A DNA stretch of 64,000 nucleotides from Blastocystis sp. Blastoise (GCA_039096225.1 JBBPEB010000005.1:868001-932000); one strand, 5' to 3'; shown: positions 1-28,935, counted from the first letter of the stretch. Numbers and translations: made by a program. Notes: generated by a model not told the origin, from the letters alone.

Positions 1-109
1 ATTCTATTCATTTATATTATATATATATATATATATTATATTATATTTGCTTATTTATATTATTCTCTATATCATTATATATTATTATTATTATTATATA
101 TATATATAG

Positions 110-15007
<14,898 letters not shown>

Positions 15008-15529
15008 TTTATATATATATATTTTATATTATATTTCTCTGTCAAAATTTTTATTTTTATTTTTATTATTTTTTAAATATTTTTAACATATTTGACTTTT
15101 TCATATAACTTCGTATAATCTTAATTCTTAATTTTTTATACATTTATACCATTTTGTTTGTTATTAACGGCTTATTATTAACATGAGTGTCATTTTGGTG
15201 ATTTGAACAAATTAACTTTATAGAAGAGAAGTCATAAATTATATATATTAATGAGCTAAGAATATCTGATACTGGTTGAATAGATTTATGTAACTATTAT
15301 ATTTTCAAAAAAAAAACTTAAAAAAACTACTAAAAATTTGTCCAATAGATTTTTCTTTTCTAAAAAAAACATGAGTGTGTCATTGACTTGTTTAAGCCAA
15401 TCATATCGCTGATACCATTCAATAGAAAACCACAAAGAAAACAAACACAATTTTATTTGACAAGTTTCAAAACTCCAAAATAAAAATGACTAGAATTACA
15501 TTTTTATATATTTATTTAGCTAATAAGAA

Positions 15530-18500
15530 ATGAGACAATTCATTAGTCTTATTAGTATTCTAGGACTGATATCTTTAGGTATATTTGTGATATATTATTG
15601 ATTTTAACTCGTAATCAATATAGTTCAATCAGAATGCACTGCTTCTAGTTTGCCTTTTGTTCTTCGAAGAAAATTTGGTTATTATGCTTATGAAGAATCA
15701 TGGAAAATATTTCAAGGTACTGATATAACTGGAACTCTTATTCATGAAGGAGCTGGTACTACTTCTGATAATTATGTTTCCAAAGATTATGATGTCTGTC
15801 TTCAATTAGATACTATCTATACTCTTGCTATGTACGATAGGTATGTAATTCTTATTATATAAAAATATTTTTTTTTTGTATTATTACTAATATATAAAAA
15901 TCGAGTAATTATAATAATTATATAACAATTCTAGTTATGGCGATGGTTGGACTAGTGGTTCTTATCTCTCCATTAATTATAACGATATTACATTCTTAAC
16001 GACAACACTCAATAATGGTGAGACTGCTGCTAATGTTCCTAAATTACAACAATTCACGTGTATAGATTATTACTCTTGATATAATTATATATATAATGAT
16101 TTTCTTTCATAGTTAAATAACAAATTTTATAATATTCTATATAGTGAAAATGGCTGTTGCTCCTGGTACTACTTGGAAAACTTCAACTACTGCTCAAACT
16201 GGTACTTCTTGGACTCAACTATCATTTACTGATACTACTTGGACATCTCATGCTCCTGGTTCTTTCCCTTCTATTTCTACTACTACTCGTTATTATAGAT
16301 ATACTACTACTCTTGTTGATACTGCTGCTTATGCTCTTCGTCTTAGTGTAAAAACAAATTCGGGTTTTGTTGTTTATGTAAATGGTATTGAAGCTTCTCG
16401 TGTTGGTTTACCTGCGTATGTATTTTTTTTTTTATTTATATACAACATATATATTATTTCATTCTATTTGTTTCTCTTTATATATAAAAATAATAACAAT
16501 ATATTATTATATATAGTGTATCTAATTCTAATACTGCTTCTTTAACTTCTGAAACTGATGCTACTTGGAAGATGTATATATATATTCTATATTTTTATTC
16601 ATATTTTTATTTATTATATATAATTATATATGTTTATTATACTATATATAGAGTTGCTATTCCTCTTTCTGTATATATAACATCAGGTACTGATTTTACT
16701 ATTGCTATTGAAATTCACTCTCATTCTTCTCAACTAACTACTGCCGATGTATTTGATGCTTATGCAACTACAGTTTCTTCTATTGGTATATTATTATTAG
16801 CATACTTATCTTTTTAATTATATTTTTATTATGGTTAGTCTCATAATATATTATAAAATCATATTATTTAATTAATTGTTATTATTCTAGATGGTGAAGT
16901 TATTCTTTTTGGTGCTACTGCTACTTGTTCTGTTGAAAGTTCCAATACAAATGATATCTGTAGTAATGTTGTTGATTATTCTGATAACACTAAGTACACT
17001 TTCCAAGGTAACACTGGTACTATTACTATTTCTATTCCTAATGGATCTAAAATTTGGTTTAATGCTTATCAAATTACTTCTAGTAATGATGATTCTCAAG
17101 GACATCCAAAAGTATGGAAATTATATGGTTCTGAAGATGATGGTACTACTTGGATATTCTTGGATCATATTACTTCTAATTCATATGGTTATAGAAGAGG
17201 TACTAAATATATATATAGTATTCCTTCTAATAGAAAATCTTTTAATCAAATCAAACTTGATATCTTATCTAATTATGATGACAGTTATACTCAATTAGCC
17301 GAAATTCGTACTTTTATGGATAGTCAACCTCTTGTTGATCCTGGTCTTCAATATGCTTCTAATACTTATAATATCTATACTTATGCAGATGTTTATATTG
17401 CTCCTATTTCTAGTGGTATTCATACTTTTACTATTACTCCTGATTTACCGGATGGATTAAGTTTTAATTCTGATCGTGGTTCTATTTCTGGCTATTTAAA
17501 TAATGCTGCAGCTAGTCAAACATATGTTATTAGCGCTATTGATGGTGCTACTAATGCTGATACTAGTTATACTATAACTATTAATATTCTTGTTTGTCAA
17601 CAACCAACTATGGCTCAAGTTATTGTTTCTAAAGTCAATAGAATATATTCTAAAGATGAACGTGCCATTATTTATTCTGAAGATGATACTCAAATCGGTA
17701 CTATTTCTGATTACAATGAAGATTCTAGTTCATTATATTATGACTGTCTAGTTGCTGGTCGTTGGAAAATTGTTCTTTTTTCTGATAATGATAATGGTTG
17801 GAAAGAAAGAAGTAGAATCGATGTTTGGCTAATATATGATGCTTATACTATGTTTTATATTGCTGAACTTTATTTTCATGCTGGTACAACTACTACTTAT
17901 TATGTAAATACTCGTCTTGATCTTGCTCCTATGTCTGGTTGGAAATATCTTGCTGCTTCTGCTATTGATCCTAATTGGTATTCTACGTCTTTCTCTGATG
18001 ATAGTTGGGATACAATTATTACTGATTTTGTAGATAATATTACTACTCCTATTGTTCTTCTTAGAAAGTCTTTCACTATTACTTCTAAGACTAATATGAA
18101 AAGTTGGGAATTTATGTTTAGGTCTGAGGATGGTATTGTTGTTTATGTAAATGGTAATGAAGTCTATAGATATAATTTAGCTGATGGTCCTATTACTAAT
18201 ACTACTACTGCTACTGGTGATGGCTATACACCTTGGACGAGTGTTTCTGGTAAACTTTCCACTCTTTCTAATGGTAATTCTGTTACTATTGCTGTTGCTC
18301 GTGTTAGTATGGGTACTGAAGATTATAGTATACGGTTTGATGGTGTTTTTCATTTAATTGCTGATTCTTCTATTCAACGAGATACTGAAGGTATTTATTA
18401 TACTTCTAGTAGTGATCTTGATAGTGAGGCTAGAAATCTTTTTGATGGTGATATAAATACTCGATGGATTACTGAATTACATGATTCTATTACTCCTCAT

Positions 18501-21500
18501 TATGTTACTGTTAGTTTTTATGATAATAGAGCTGAACTTATTAATAAGTATTGTATTGTTTCTAGTTTTGATTCTCCTCAATATGATCCTGCAGATTGGG
18601 TTGTTTCGGGTTCTATGGATGGTACTACGTTTACTGATTTAAGTACTGTGTCTAATGCTTTTTGGAAAGATAGATTAGAAAGAAAATGTTTCTATATGCC
18701 TAATAATAAAGCTTATATTACATATAAATGGACAATAAATAAAGCTGCTGTTATTCAAGATAATAATAGATATGCTGCTAGTGAATTTGAATTATATTTA
18801 GAAGATATTGAATCTCTTGTTATTCCTGATTTCCGTTTTACTACTTCCATTATAGTTGCTTATAAGGGAGTTACTGTTCCTACTCTTGTCGTTTCTTCTG
18901 AATATTATTATGATTTCACTATTTCTCCTGCTCTTCCTACTGGTATTACTATGGACTCTTCTAATGGTAACTTAAGTGGTATTCCTACTCAACTTCAATC
19001 TACTACTACTTATACTATTAGTGCTAAGAATATTCACGGTATTGCTGTAACTACTACTATTACTTTCTCTGTTTCTATTTGTGCTGTTGCTAATACTGCT
19101 TTTATTCTTAAATTTGATTTTGAAGAAGATGCTGGAGAAGCTTCATGGACTCTTAAGGATGCTTCAGGTACTGTTATTGATACTAGAACTACTTCTATTA
19201 ATCACTCTACTCAATATTTCTCTTTCTGTAAACCTAAAGGTATTTATTTTCTTGTTTTATCAGATAGTATGAATGAGGGTTGGGGTTCTGGTTCTTATAC
19301 GATCTTAGATATTGATAATAATGTTTATGTTACTGGTACTGTTGGTGCTGGGGAATCTCCTAAAACTGTTAATGTATATATTGATCAAGCTTCTGGTTCT
19401 TCTACTTCTTGGAAATACTTAACTTTTGGTACTGATGTTCCTTCTGGATGGTATACTATTTCCTTCTCTGATACTGCTTGGTCTACTGGTATTTCTGGTT
19501 CTTTCCCTGCTCTTACTGGTATTAGTCAATATTATAGAACTACTTTAAGTATTACTTCAATTGATGCTTCTTATGCTGGTTATGAAATTGGTGTCAAAGG
19601 ATATGCTGGTATTGCCGTTTATCTTAATGGTCAAGAAATTATAAGATCTAATCTTCCTTCTGGTACTCTTTCTTCATCTACGTTAGCTACTTCTGAACTT
19701 TCTAATTGGATCTTCTTCAAGATTTCTATTAGTTTAATTATTAATATTCTTCTTAATGTTGGCAATAATGTATTAGCTGTTGAACTTCATAAGAAAGATA
19801 CTCTTCCTTCTATTAATGATTTCACTTATTTCACTTCTTTTATTCCTTCTGGTGAATATAGAGTAACTGATGGTGTTGCTTGGTCTGATATTGAAAAGAC
19901 TGGTGATGAAGGTACTGATATGTTATTTGATAATAATATAGATACTTCAGTTGTGAGTGGTCCACGATGTGTTGGTGCTATTTATCAATATACTTTTAAT
20001 AATGGTCGTAAAGAATTTATTAATCATTATAAGATTACGAATGGCAATACTTGTAATCAAAGAACTCCTTCTAGTTGGAGAATAGAAGGTTCTAACGATA
20101 ATGGTATTACTTGGACATTATTAGATTATGAACACCAACAATTTTTTACCTCATATAAACAAACATTCTCTTATGATTTCTATGCTTCTCAACCTTATAA
20201 TTCCTATCGATTTATTGCTACTGAATGTGATAATACTCCTCTTGATAGAAACACTTGTGGTGATGGATATTTTCAATTATCTGAATTTGGTTTATACATT
20301 AATAATAAAGCTGTTTCTTGTGTATCTGATGGTACTTGGGGACCTGCTGTTGAAGGTGGTTATTCATTCCAAGAATGTCCTACGGGTAGTACAGGTATTC
20401 AAAGAAGATTATGTACATCTGGTGTATTTGGTGAAATTCAACAACTTTGTAGTGTAGCTGCTCCTATTGTTCCTTCTTATGTTGGTTCTCCTTTTACTTA
20501 TCACAAGAATATAATTGTATCTCTTTCTCCTATCCTATCGGATGTTGAATCGACATATACTATTGATCCAGCTCTCCCTAATGGTCTTACTATTAATGCT
20601 TCTACCGGTGTTATTTCTGGTACTCCTCTTGCTAATTCTGATATTACTACTTATACTATTACTGCTACTAATGCTGGTGGCTCTGTTTCTACGACTATTG
20701 TGATTCTTATTGATTTTGTATTTTGCACTTCTGAAGATAATTGGCCTCTTACTGAAATTGGTCAACAATATGATTTACCTTGTGAAGATCCTATTAATTA
20801 TGAAGGTTCAAGAACTAGATCATGTCAAGTTGGTTATCCTGCTATTTGGGGTTCTGTTGTTAACAATTGCCAATTAAGAATACCAACTGTAATATATACA
20901 GTACCTACTACTATTGGATATAAAAATGTTCCTATTACACCTATTACTGCTCTTATAACTGGAAGTAATTTGAATCTATTCACTATTGATCCTTCTCTTC
21001 CTGATGGTTTATTATTCAATTCTGTTACTGGTACTATTTATGGTACACCTACTACTGCTTCTTCTACAGTATATACTATAACTATTTCTAATCCTAGAGG
21101 TCAATCTACTGCTACAACTACTATTACTATTAATGCTTTTAACTGTCCTATTGATGATATTTGGCCTGCTACAGAAGTTGGAGAACAAGCTAGTATAGAT
21201 TGTGAAGATACTATTAATTATGAAGGCTCTAGAAATAGATTATGTAAAGTTGGAGATCCTGCTGTTTGGGGAGATGTTGTTGATAATTGTCAATTGAAAA
21301 CACCTTCAATTTCTTATACGACTACTACTATTACTGGTTATAAGAACATTGCTATAACTGCTATTGATGCTACTATTACTGGAGGTAGTCTCAATCCTAT
21401 TACTATATCTCCTCCTCTTCCTACTGGTTTAACACTGAATACTCTTAATGGTCAAATTTATGGTACACCTTCTATAGATTCTTCTAGTAGTTATACTATT

Positions 21501-23552
21501 ACTATTTCTAATCCTAGAGGCTATTTTACTGTAAGTATAACTATTATCATTAGTATTGCTAATTGTATTGCTGATGATATCTGGGCTGTTACTGAAATTG
21601 GTCAACAAACAACTTTAGATTGTGAAGATCCTATTAATTATGAAGGTTCTAGAACTAGATTATGTCAACTTGGTTATCCTGCTGTTTGGGGTTCTGTTAT
21701 TAATAATTGTCAACTAAAGATGCCTTCAATTACTTATGATATCACAACTATTACTTGCTATAAGAACATTGCTATTACTGCTATTGATGCTACTATTACT
21801 GGTGGTAATTTGAATCCTCTAACTATTTCTCCTCCTCTTCCTGATGGACTACTATTTAATACTCAAAATGGTCAAATTTATGGTACACCTACTATAAATT
21901 CTTCTAGTAGTTATACTATAACTATTTCTAATACAAGAGGAACAGTTACTACAAATATAGTAATAAATATAAATATAGCTTCTTGTGTTGCTGAAAATGG
22001 TTGGTCTATGACTGAAATTGGTCAACAAGTTACTTTACCTTGTGAAGATCCTATTAATTATGAAGGATCTAGAAGTAGAGTATGTAAGCTTGGTTATCCT
22101 GCTGTTTGGGATACTGTAGTTGATAATTGTCAACCGAAGTTACCTACAATTATATATACAACTACTACTATAATAGGTTATAAAGGTATTGCTATTACTG
22201 CTATTGATGCTACTATTACTGGAGGGAATCTCAATCCTTTAACTATTAATCCTTCTCTTCCTTGTGGATTATCTTTTAATACTGTTAATGGTCAAATTTA
22301 TGGTACGCCTACTTTTGCTTTCTCTGATTCTTATGTTATCACTGTATCTAATGCATTAGGTCAATCTTCTGTGACTATTACAATTAGTATTAGTGTTGCT
22401 AATTGTCTTGCTGATACTATTTGGCCTATTACAGAAATTGGTCAACAAGTTACTTTACCTTGTGAAGATACTATTAATTATGAAGGATTTAGAACTAAAT
22501 TGTGTAAAGTTGGTTATCCTGCTGTTTGGGATACTGTTATTAATAATTGTCAATTAAAGATGCCTTCAATTTCTTATAATAGTAATACGATTATTGGATA
22601 TAAAGATGATATTATTACTCCTGCTTTTGCTACTATTACTGGTGGTGGTCTCAATCCTCTTACTATTTCTCCTTCTCTTCCTGATGGATTATCTTTTAAT
22701 ACTCAAAATGGCTTTATATATGGTATTCCTACTTCTGCTTCTTCTAATAGTTATACTATTACTGCTTCTAATGCTAGAGGAGAAGCAACTTTTACTATTA
22801 CTATTACTATTAGTGCTGTTAACTGTCCTTCTGATGATAATTGGCCTATTACTGAACGAGGTATAACTGCTTATATTGAATGTGGTTCTGGTCAATCTGG
22901 TATTCAAAGTCGTGTTTGTCAGAATACAGGTGTTGGCACTGCTTCTTGGCAAGTTGCTGATAGTTCTGAATGTTATATATTTATTGTTAACGAAGATCCT
23001 GGTGAGAATAAGGTATTTATTACTGTTCCTATGAGACTTGAAGGATTATCTGAGAGTGTTTTTAATACTCCTTCTACAATAGAAACCTTTAGAATACTTA
23101 TTATTCAGTCACTTAGTGTTTATTCTATTCCTTCTTCTGGTGTAAAGATTATTAGTGTTTCTAGTGACTCTTCTTCTACTAATGGTGTTTCCGTTAGTAT
23201 AAGAATCACTGCTAATAAATCTGATGAAGATAATATAAAGAATGATATAAGCATTCTTTTTACAGGTATTGATTCTATTCTTCTAAAGTTATTCAAAACA
23301 AGTGATGATTCGAATCTAAAGACTATTACTGGTATTTCAATCAATGGAAAAATAGTATCAACTGGTAATTCTATTTCAGTTATAACAATTATTCTTATTA
23401 TCGTTATTATTATTCTCATTATACTCTTGATTCTTGTATGCATTCTAAAGAAGAAGAAGGACGAAAAAGAAGAAAAGAAAGAAAAGAAATTACAACCTCA
23501 TAAAAAAATAGAAGTTGAAACTGTTAAAGTTGAAAAACCTGTTATTTTGTAA
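15530..23552 (+). CDS. Giant type-I membrane surface protein, paralog A (signal peptide; 3x lectin/discoidin-like head; 7 Cys-rich HormR-like plus 6 He_PIG Ig stalk domains; SEA-like domain; TM; basic tail)
   Basis: ATG 15530 gives MRQFISLISILGLISL|VQSEC. Six 5' introns, then one exon 16891-23552 containing the 2130-aa ORF. Discoidin-like motifs (NLFDGDINTRW; EGSNDNGITWTLLD), He_PIG motifs (ISPALPTGITMDSSNGNLSGIPT), TM ITIILIIVIIILIILLILVCIL followed by KKKK. Confidence 0.9.
20720..22860 (+). repeat. Coding tandem repeat with exact 420-bp (140-aa) period, five copies
   Basis: TGTGAAGAT(C/A)CTATTAATTATGAAGG recurs at 20781, 21201, 21621, 22041 and 22461. Confidence 0.95.
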
Positions 23553-24623
23553 TTTTTTTCTTGTTTTTATGTTTATTATTATTTAAATTTGTTCATACTT
23601 ATATATTAATTAAAATTTCATTTTTTTTGTTTAGTTTTTGTTATTTATAAGTAACTTATATGAAGAGTTAATAATTATTAGAAATAAATAAAGACTAGTT
23701 GCGAATATAATAAAAGAAGAAATTAATGTATTTTATAAATGATATATATATTTTGGATAATATATATATTTATTAATGTATTTAATTATGTGATATAATC
23801 CATGAAAAATGATGACATTTTTAAAAATCAGTAATACAAATATTTATTCATAATACTTATCTATAAATAAGATTTCAAAATTGATATAATGTAATAAACT
23901 AATTAAAGAATACTTTTTAAGATCCATTACCATATATTCTATTATTTGTTACAAAAATTATAGCTAATATATATTATAGTTGATTGCTTAAAAAATATTA
24001 TAATAATAACAATATTTATTTGATAAATTAAGCGTTTCTGAAATAATCACTGAAGATCTTTTGCTAATAATACGCCAATTGCTATTTAGAAGCTAATACT
24101 TTCATCTACATATCTCTATACATAATTAAAATACTTCTCAAATAATATTTTGCACAATAATAACACAATTACTTGATTAACAAAGATATTTGTAAAGTAT
24201 ATTAAATATTTGACATCAAAACTATGCCATCATGCCCAGAGAAATACAACGAAATATAAAATAGTAGAAATAGCGTTGAAAAGTGATTCTAAATAGCTAC
24301 ATCAATTGAATAAAATTAATATTTACTGATTATGTTTCATCACATATTCTTCTTAATGCATTTACTGCAACTATAGCCAACTATTACAAAGATAATGAAT
24401 ACCAATTTTTAATATACTTATTTTTTGTTTCATTTAAGCAAGTTTATATCATCATCGGCAACGTAAAATAATTCGTATGAATAAAAAATCACTCTATAAT
24501 AACTTATATAGAAGAAAAACATATTTTTTCTGAATTTTATTTGTTCTTAGTCTGAATTGATCTGGAAAAGAAATGACATGAAATAAAAACATTTTGTTTT
24601 TTATTTGTTTATTTAAATCTAAT

Positions 24624-25704
24624 ATGATGAAATTATTGAATGCATATTTTTCTACTTTAGTTGTATGTGCTGTGCTGGTATTAATTATTGAATCATTAAG
24701 AAAATTTAAACTTGTGCCAACAACAATTTCTAGGAAATTGACACATATTTGTATGGGTATATTACTATATATTGTATGTATTTAATTAGTGATAGGAGCT
24801 TTATTTGTTCTCTGCTGGAATTTCTTCCCTGATTCTATATATTCAAAATGGCTAGCTGCTTCTAGTATTTTATTAAGTTTATTATAATTATATTATTTTT
24901 TATTATTATTATTACATTTAAATTAATATATTTTTTCATTCCTAACCCTGAATGCAATAGAATTTCATTACTATAATACTTTCTATAGTTCCTTTTACAT
25001 TTGGTTTAGTATTCTTTTTAATTGGTTGTGGTCTTGTTAAATATGATAATGCTGTAAGATCATTATGTCGAACTGGAAACCCTCATGAGTTATTATTAGG
25101 TCCTGTTCATTATGGTATAATTATTACATGTGCTACTCTTTTCTATTGGAAGAAAGTTGAATCTATTCCATTAATTATGATTTTATGTTTTGGTGATGGT
25201 TTAGCTGATGTTTGTGGTCAAATAAGAAAAGGAAATTATAAACTTATTTGGAATAATCATAAATCTCTCTATGGTTTCTTAGCATTTATTATTTTTAGTA
25301 TTCTCTCTTGTTTATTCTATGGATGGTATTTTGAAATGTATATATTTATCATATTATCTTTTTATTTATATATTTTTATTTTATTTTATTTCTCAGATAA
25401 ATATTATAAATATTAATTTTTAAATCATTATAATTATAATAATATTTTTAATAATTATAATAAAAATATATATTTAAAAATTATAATAAAAATATATAAT
25501 TTTAAATAATTATATAATAATAATATATCATAAATTCTTTATTCTAGAAATAATTGGATTTCTATTAATTGGTCAGAATATACGCTTTCTATTATTTATA
25601 TCTCTATTGGTTGTGCCTTAACAGAAACATTTACTGTTCCAGAATGGGACAACTTTACGATTTCTGCAATGAGTATTCTATTAACAAAAATCAATCATTT
25701 ATAA
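24624..25704 (+). CDS. Phytol/farnesol (polyprenol) kinase family membrane protein, VTE5/FOLK-like
   Basis: Spliced product contains RKLTHICMG, ELLLGPVHYG, GDGLADVCG, KSLYG and WDNFTI, which are motifs of CTP-dependent isoprenoid-alcohol kinases. Stop TAA at 25702-25704. Confidence 0.85.
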
Positions 25705-26445
25705 TCAGTTTATATTCTTTTCTTTCTATTTTTTTCTTTTTCTTTCTCTTTTACAATAGTACTATAATAAATTATAGTATATATATGTTTTGTATTCTAT
25801 AAATTTCTATTGATAACAATAGAGAACTCTTATTCCAAATAATTTCAATTTATTTACACTTTATTTTTGTTATCAATATATTAATTTATTCCAGTTTTGT
25901 TTTTTATAAACTTATAACTGAATATTCAACAGAACAACAATATTCAATAATTCTACTCAACTTAATAAAAACTTAGTTATTGTATTGTTCATTATGTTTC
26001 TAATCACATATATAGTTTTATATTTTTTATATTCTTTATAAAACAAAGCACTAAAGTCAACCAAATTGTTCAATTTCCTAACTAACTCAAAGAAAACTTA
26101 TTCTTTTATCATATATTTTCTTATGATACTTCATGAGTCAATTTCAATGAAGTTAATGACTATTATAATTCTTGAATACTATAGAAAAGTCTTTATTGAA
26201 TTCGTTTGATTGTAACAATCTTCGAAGCGTTCAGTAATTAAAGAAAATTATTATTAATCAATAAAATTATGAAACCAACATTGTTTCTGAATTCGAATAG
26301 AACAAAAAACACATCTCATAATCATGAATAACAGGCAAGTCCCTTTCAATGGTTTGTGTTTATTGTATTATCAATAATTATTAAAAGACAAGGTAAACCT
26401 TCTTCTTTCAACATTATCAGAATTACCCACGTTATTATTTAAATA

Positions 26446-28092
26446 ATGAGTGATCCTAATACTCCTCAATCTTCAAATGAACCTATACCTCAACTATCGC
26501 CTATTGCACCTTCAGAACAAACTGAAGAAATAAAGCAAGTTGAAACAAAGGAAAGTATTCCTTCAGTTGTAACCAATGAATCTCATGATGAAAGTGAAAA
26601 CAGTAAGAAGAATGATGTATCACCGGTCAACAAAAAGAAGGAAAAAAGCAATAAGAACGATGCTAACTTTCTAGGGACTGCTCCTCTTGTCAAAACAATT
26701 TTAAAGTTGACTTATCCTGATTTCTTCGCTAAAGTAGCATCAGCTTCTTTCTCTTTTGCTGATGCTTTATATATTAGTAATTTAGCAGGTGATACCCCTG
26801 AAGAGCGTTCTTTATCCCTTGGTGCTGTTACTATTGCTTTTCCAATTGAGCAAGCTTTTCAAATGGGTTTAGCTCTTCTTTTTGGAAATGGTTTTGCATC
26901 TACTTTAGGACGTTATTTAGGAGCTAAGAATGATATTATGGCTCGACGTACTTTAGGTAATCTTTATTTCCTTGATATTTTATGTGGTATTCTCTATCCA
27001 ATTATTATTATTCCTCTTCTTCCTTATATTCTTCAATTACTTGGTGCTTCAGAAGAAGCAGGGACTTTAGAAATTGGTAGACAATATATTATGATTTATT
27101 CCTTAGGATCTATATTAACAAATTTTATGATAGGAAATAATAATTTAATTCGATCTGAAGGAAGATCTATGTATTCTGCAAGTATTATGATTGTTGGGTT
27201 TCTATTTAATATCATTATGGATCCTGTATTTATTTCAGTATTCAAATTAGGTGTTAATGGTGCTGCTATATGTACATTAGTAGGTGATTTCCTCGCGGTT
27301 ATTCTTGGATTTAGTTATTATATGACAGGTAGAAGTGTAGTTAAATTTGAATGGAAGAATATAAGTCCTAATTGTGAGATTATAAAAGATGGTTTAAGTG
27401 TTGGTGTATCAGGATTTATTATGACTGCTTCTAGTTCTGTAGTTTCTGTTGTATTTAATCGATTAATGCTTCATTTCTCTCCTTATCCTCCTGAATCTAT
27501 TCAAACAACTGAATTAATTTCAGCTTTAGGTGGATTAACCAAGATTTATTCATTCTTCTTTTTACCTTTATTAGCTCTTTCTCATGGTATTTTACCTATT
27601 CTTGCTTATTGTAGAGGAGCTAAATTACAAAAACGATTTATGGATACTACAAAAGTATGTGTATATAGTGCTTTAATAGTTGCTTGTATCTTATATATAC
27701 TTGGATTAACTTGTGCTTATCCTTTTGCTTATATGTTCTCCGATTCTCCTTTATTTGTAGAAACATTCTCCTTTGGATTAAGAATAATGGTTCTTGTTTT
27801 CCCTATTAATTGTTTATTCTTTGCTGTACTTCCAGCTCTTCAAGCTTCAAAACAAGGATTATTCGCTGGATTATTAGCTTTCTTTAAGAATTGTTTATTT
27901 AATATTGTATTTGGTGTAATATTATGTTATGCTCTTAATGATTATAATGGATTATTCTATGCTTATCCTCTTAGTGATTTTACAAATCTTATTATTACCA
28001 TTATTGTTTATTACACAAGAAGAAAGTATTTTGTTCCTCAAGAGAAAATATATAGTAATATACCTACTGTAGTTACTATTCAAAAAGAATAA
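26446..28092 (+). CDS. MATE family efflux transporter (MepA/DinF-like), intronless
   Basis: 548-aa ORF with about 12 hydrophobic segments; motifs FADALYIS, GRYLGAKN, NNLIRSEG, FNIIMDPVFI..LGVNGAAICT, PILAYCRGAK. Confidence 0.92.
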   Translation: MSDPNTPQSSNEPIPQLSPIAPSEQTEEIKQVETKESIPSVVTNESHDESENSKKNDVSPVNKKKEKSNKNDANFLGTAPLVKTILKLTYPDFFAKVASASFSFADALYISNLAGDTPEERSLSLGAVTIAFPIEQAFQMGLALLFGNGFASTLGRYLGAKNDIMARRTLGNLYFLDILCGILYPIIIIPLLPYILQLLGASEEAGTLEIGRQYIMIYSLGSILTNFMIGNNNLIRSEGRSMYSASIMIVGFLFNIIMDPVFISVFKLGVNGAAICTLVGDFLAVILGFSYYMTGRSVVKFEWKNISPNCEIIKDGLSVGVSGFIMTASSSVVSVVFNRLMLHFSPYPPESIQTTELISALGGLTKIYSFFFLPLLALSHGILPILAYCRGAKLQKRFMDTTKVCVYSALIVACILYILGLTCAYPFAYMFSDSPLFVETFSFGLRIMVLVFPINCLFFAVLPALQASKQGLFAGLLAFFKNCLFNIVFGVILCYALNDYNGLFYAYPLSDFTNLIITIIVYYTRRKYFVPQEKIYSNIPTVVTIQKE

Positions 28093-28582
28093 ATTTATAC
28101 AATATATAATTATACAATATCTATGAGCGTTGTTATTCGTGTTTAATACTTTATGCATAGAAAAGAGTTAATAATGACATACTATTTATTTACTTTTTTT
28201 TTTTTTAGGTGATTGAGATTTTTATATAATACTTTATTAATATATATATATAATTCATTTTATTTCATGTCATCTTTAGTTCTCTTTTCTTTTCATAAAA
28301 GTATTGTTGAATATATATATATATATTGTTTTGATTTATTTTGTTTCATGTTGCTTTTATTTAGCTCTTCTTTTCTAGTTATTCTGTTTGAATGATTAGC
28401 ATTTCTATGTAGTTTGGTTATATATTTAATATTAAATCATTAGTATGATATTTATGAAAATAAATATGAATTAAATATAAAAATATCAAAAATAGATATG
28501 TGAATATCATCGCTATTTAAAAAATTGATATAATACTGATAATTTCTACAGTTATAATACATGGGAAAAACTTTTTTCAGTA

Positions 28583-28664
28583 GACAATTTGTCCGAGTGG
28601 TTAAGGAGGTAGACTAGAAATCTACTGGGCTTTGCCCGCGCAGGTTCGAATCCTGCAGTTGTCG
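28583..28664 (+). tRNA. tRNA-Ser(AGA)
   Basis: GACAATT/AGTTGTC acceptor stem, GTAGA-CTAGAAA-TCTAC anticodon arm, long variable arm GGGC-TTT-GCCC, GGTTCGAATCC T-arm, T-run terminator downstream. Confidence 0.97.
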
Positions 28665-28935
28665 AATTTTTACTATTTTTTGTAATTTAAACAAATTCTT
28701 TAGAATTCTAAAATCTAATGAAATTAATGATTTTTTTTTTCCAAAAGAAAATCGAAGAATGTATGAAATAATTTTCTATTTTTGGTTTTTTCCAATAACA
28801 CTAGAGATAAATGAAGATGTTTCTAGAAACAAAAAATGAAATAAAAAAAGGGATTGTTCTAAAAAAGAATATATATATTTAAAACTCTTAACTTAAAGTT
28901 ATTTGAATACTATTTGTTTTAGTGTTGTATTATAA

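Noticed and set aside
23900-24480. Possible small minus-strand gene or box C/D snoRNA in the intergenic region
   Set aside because: No consistent exon chain or correctly spaced C/D boxes with a terminal stem could be built.
28821-28828. Heat-shock element TTCTAGAA upstream of the Hsp110-TPR gene
   Set aside because: Only two nGAAn units, and the word recurs in unrelated AT-rich intergenic regions.
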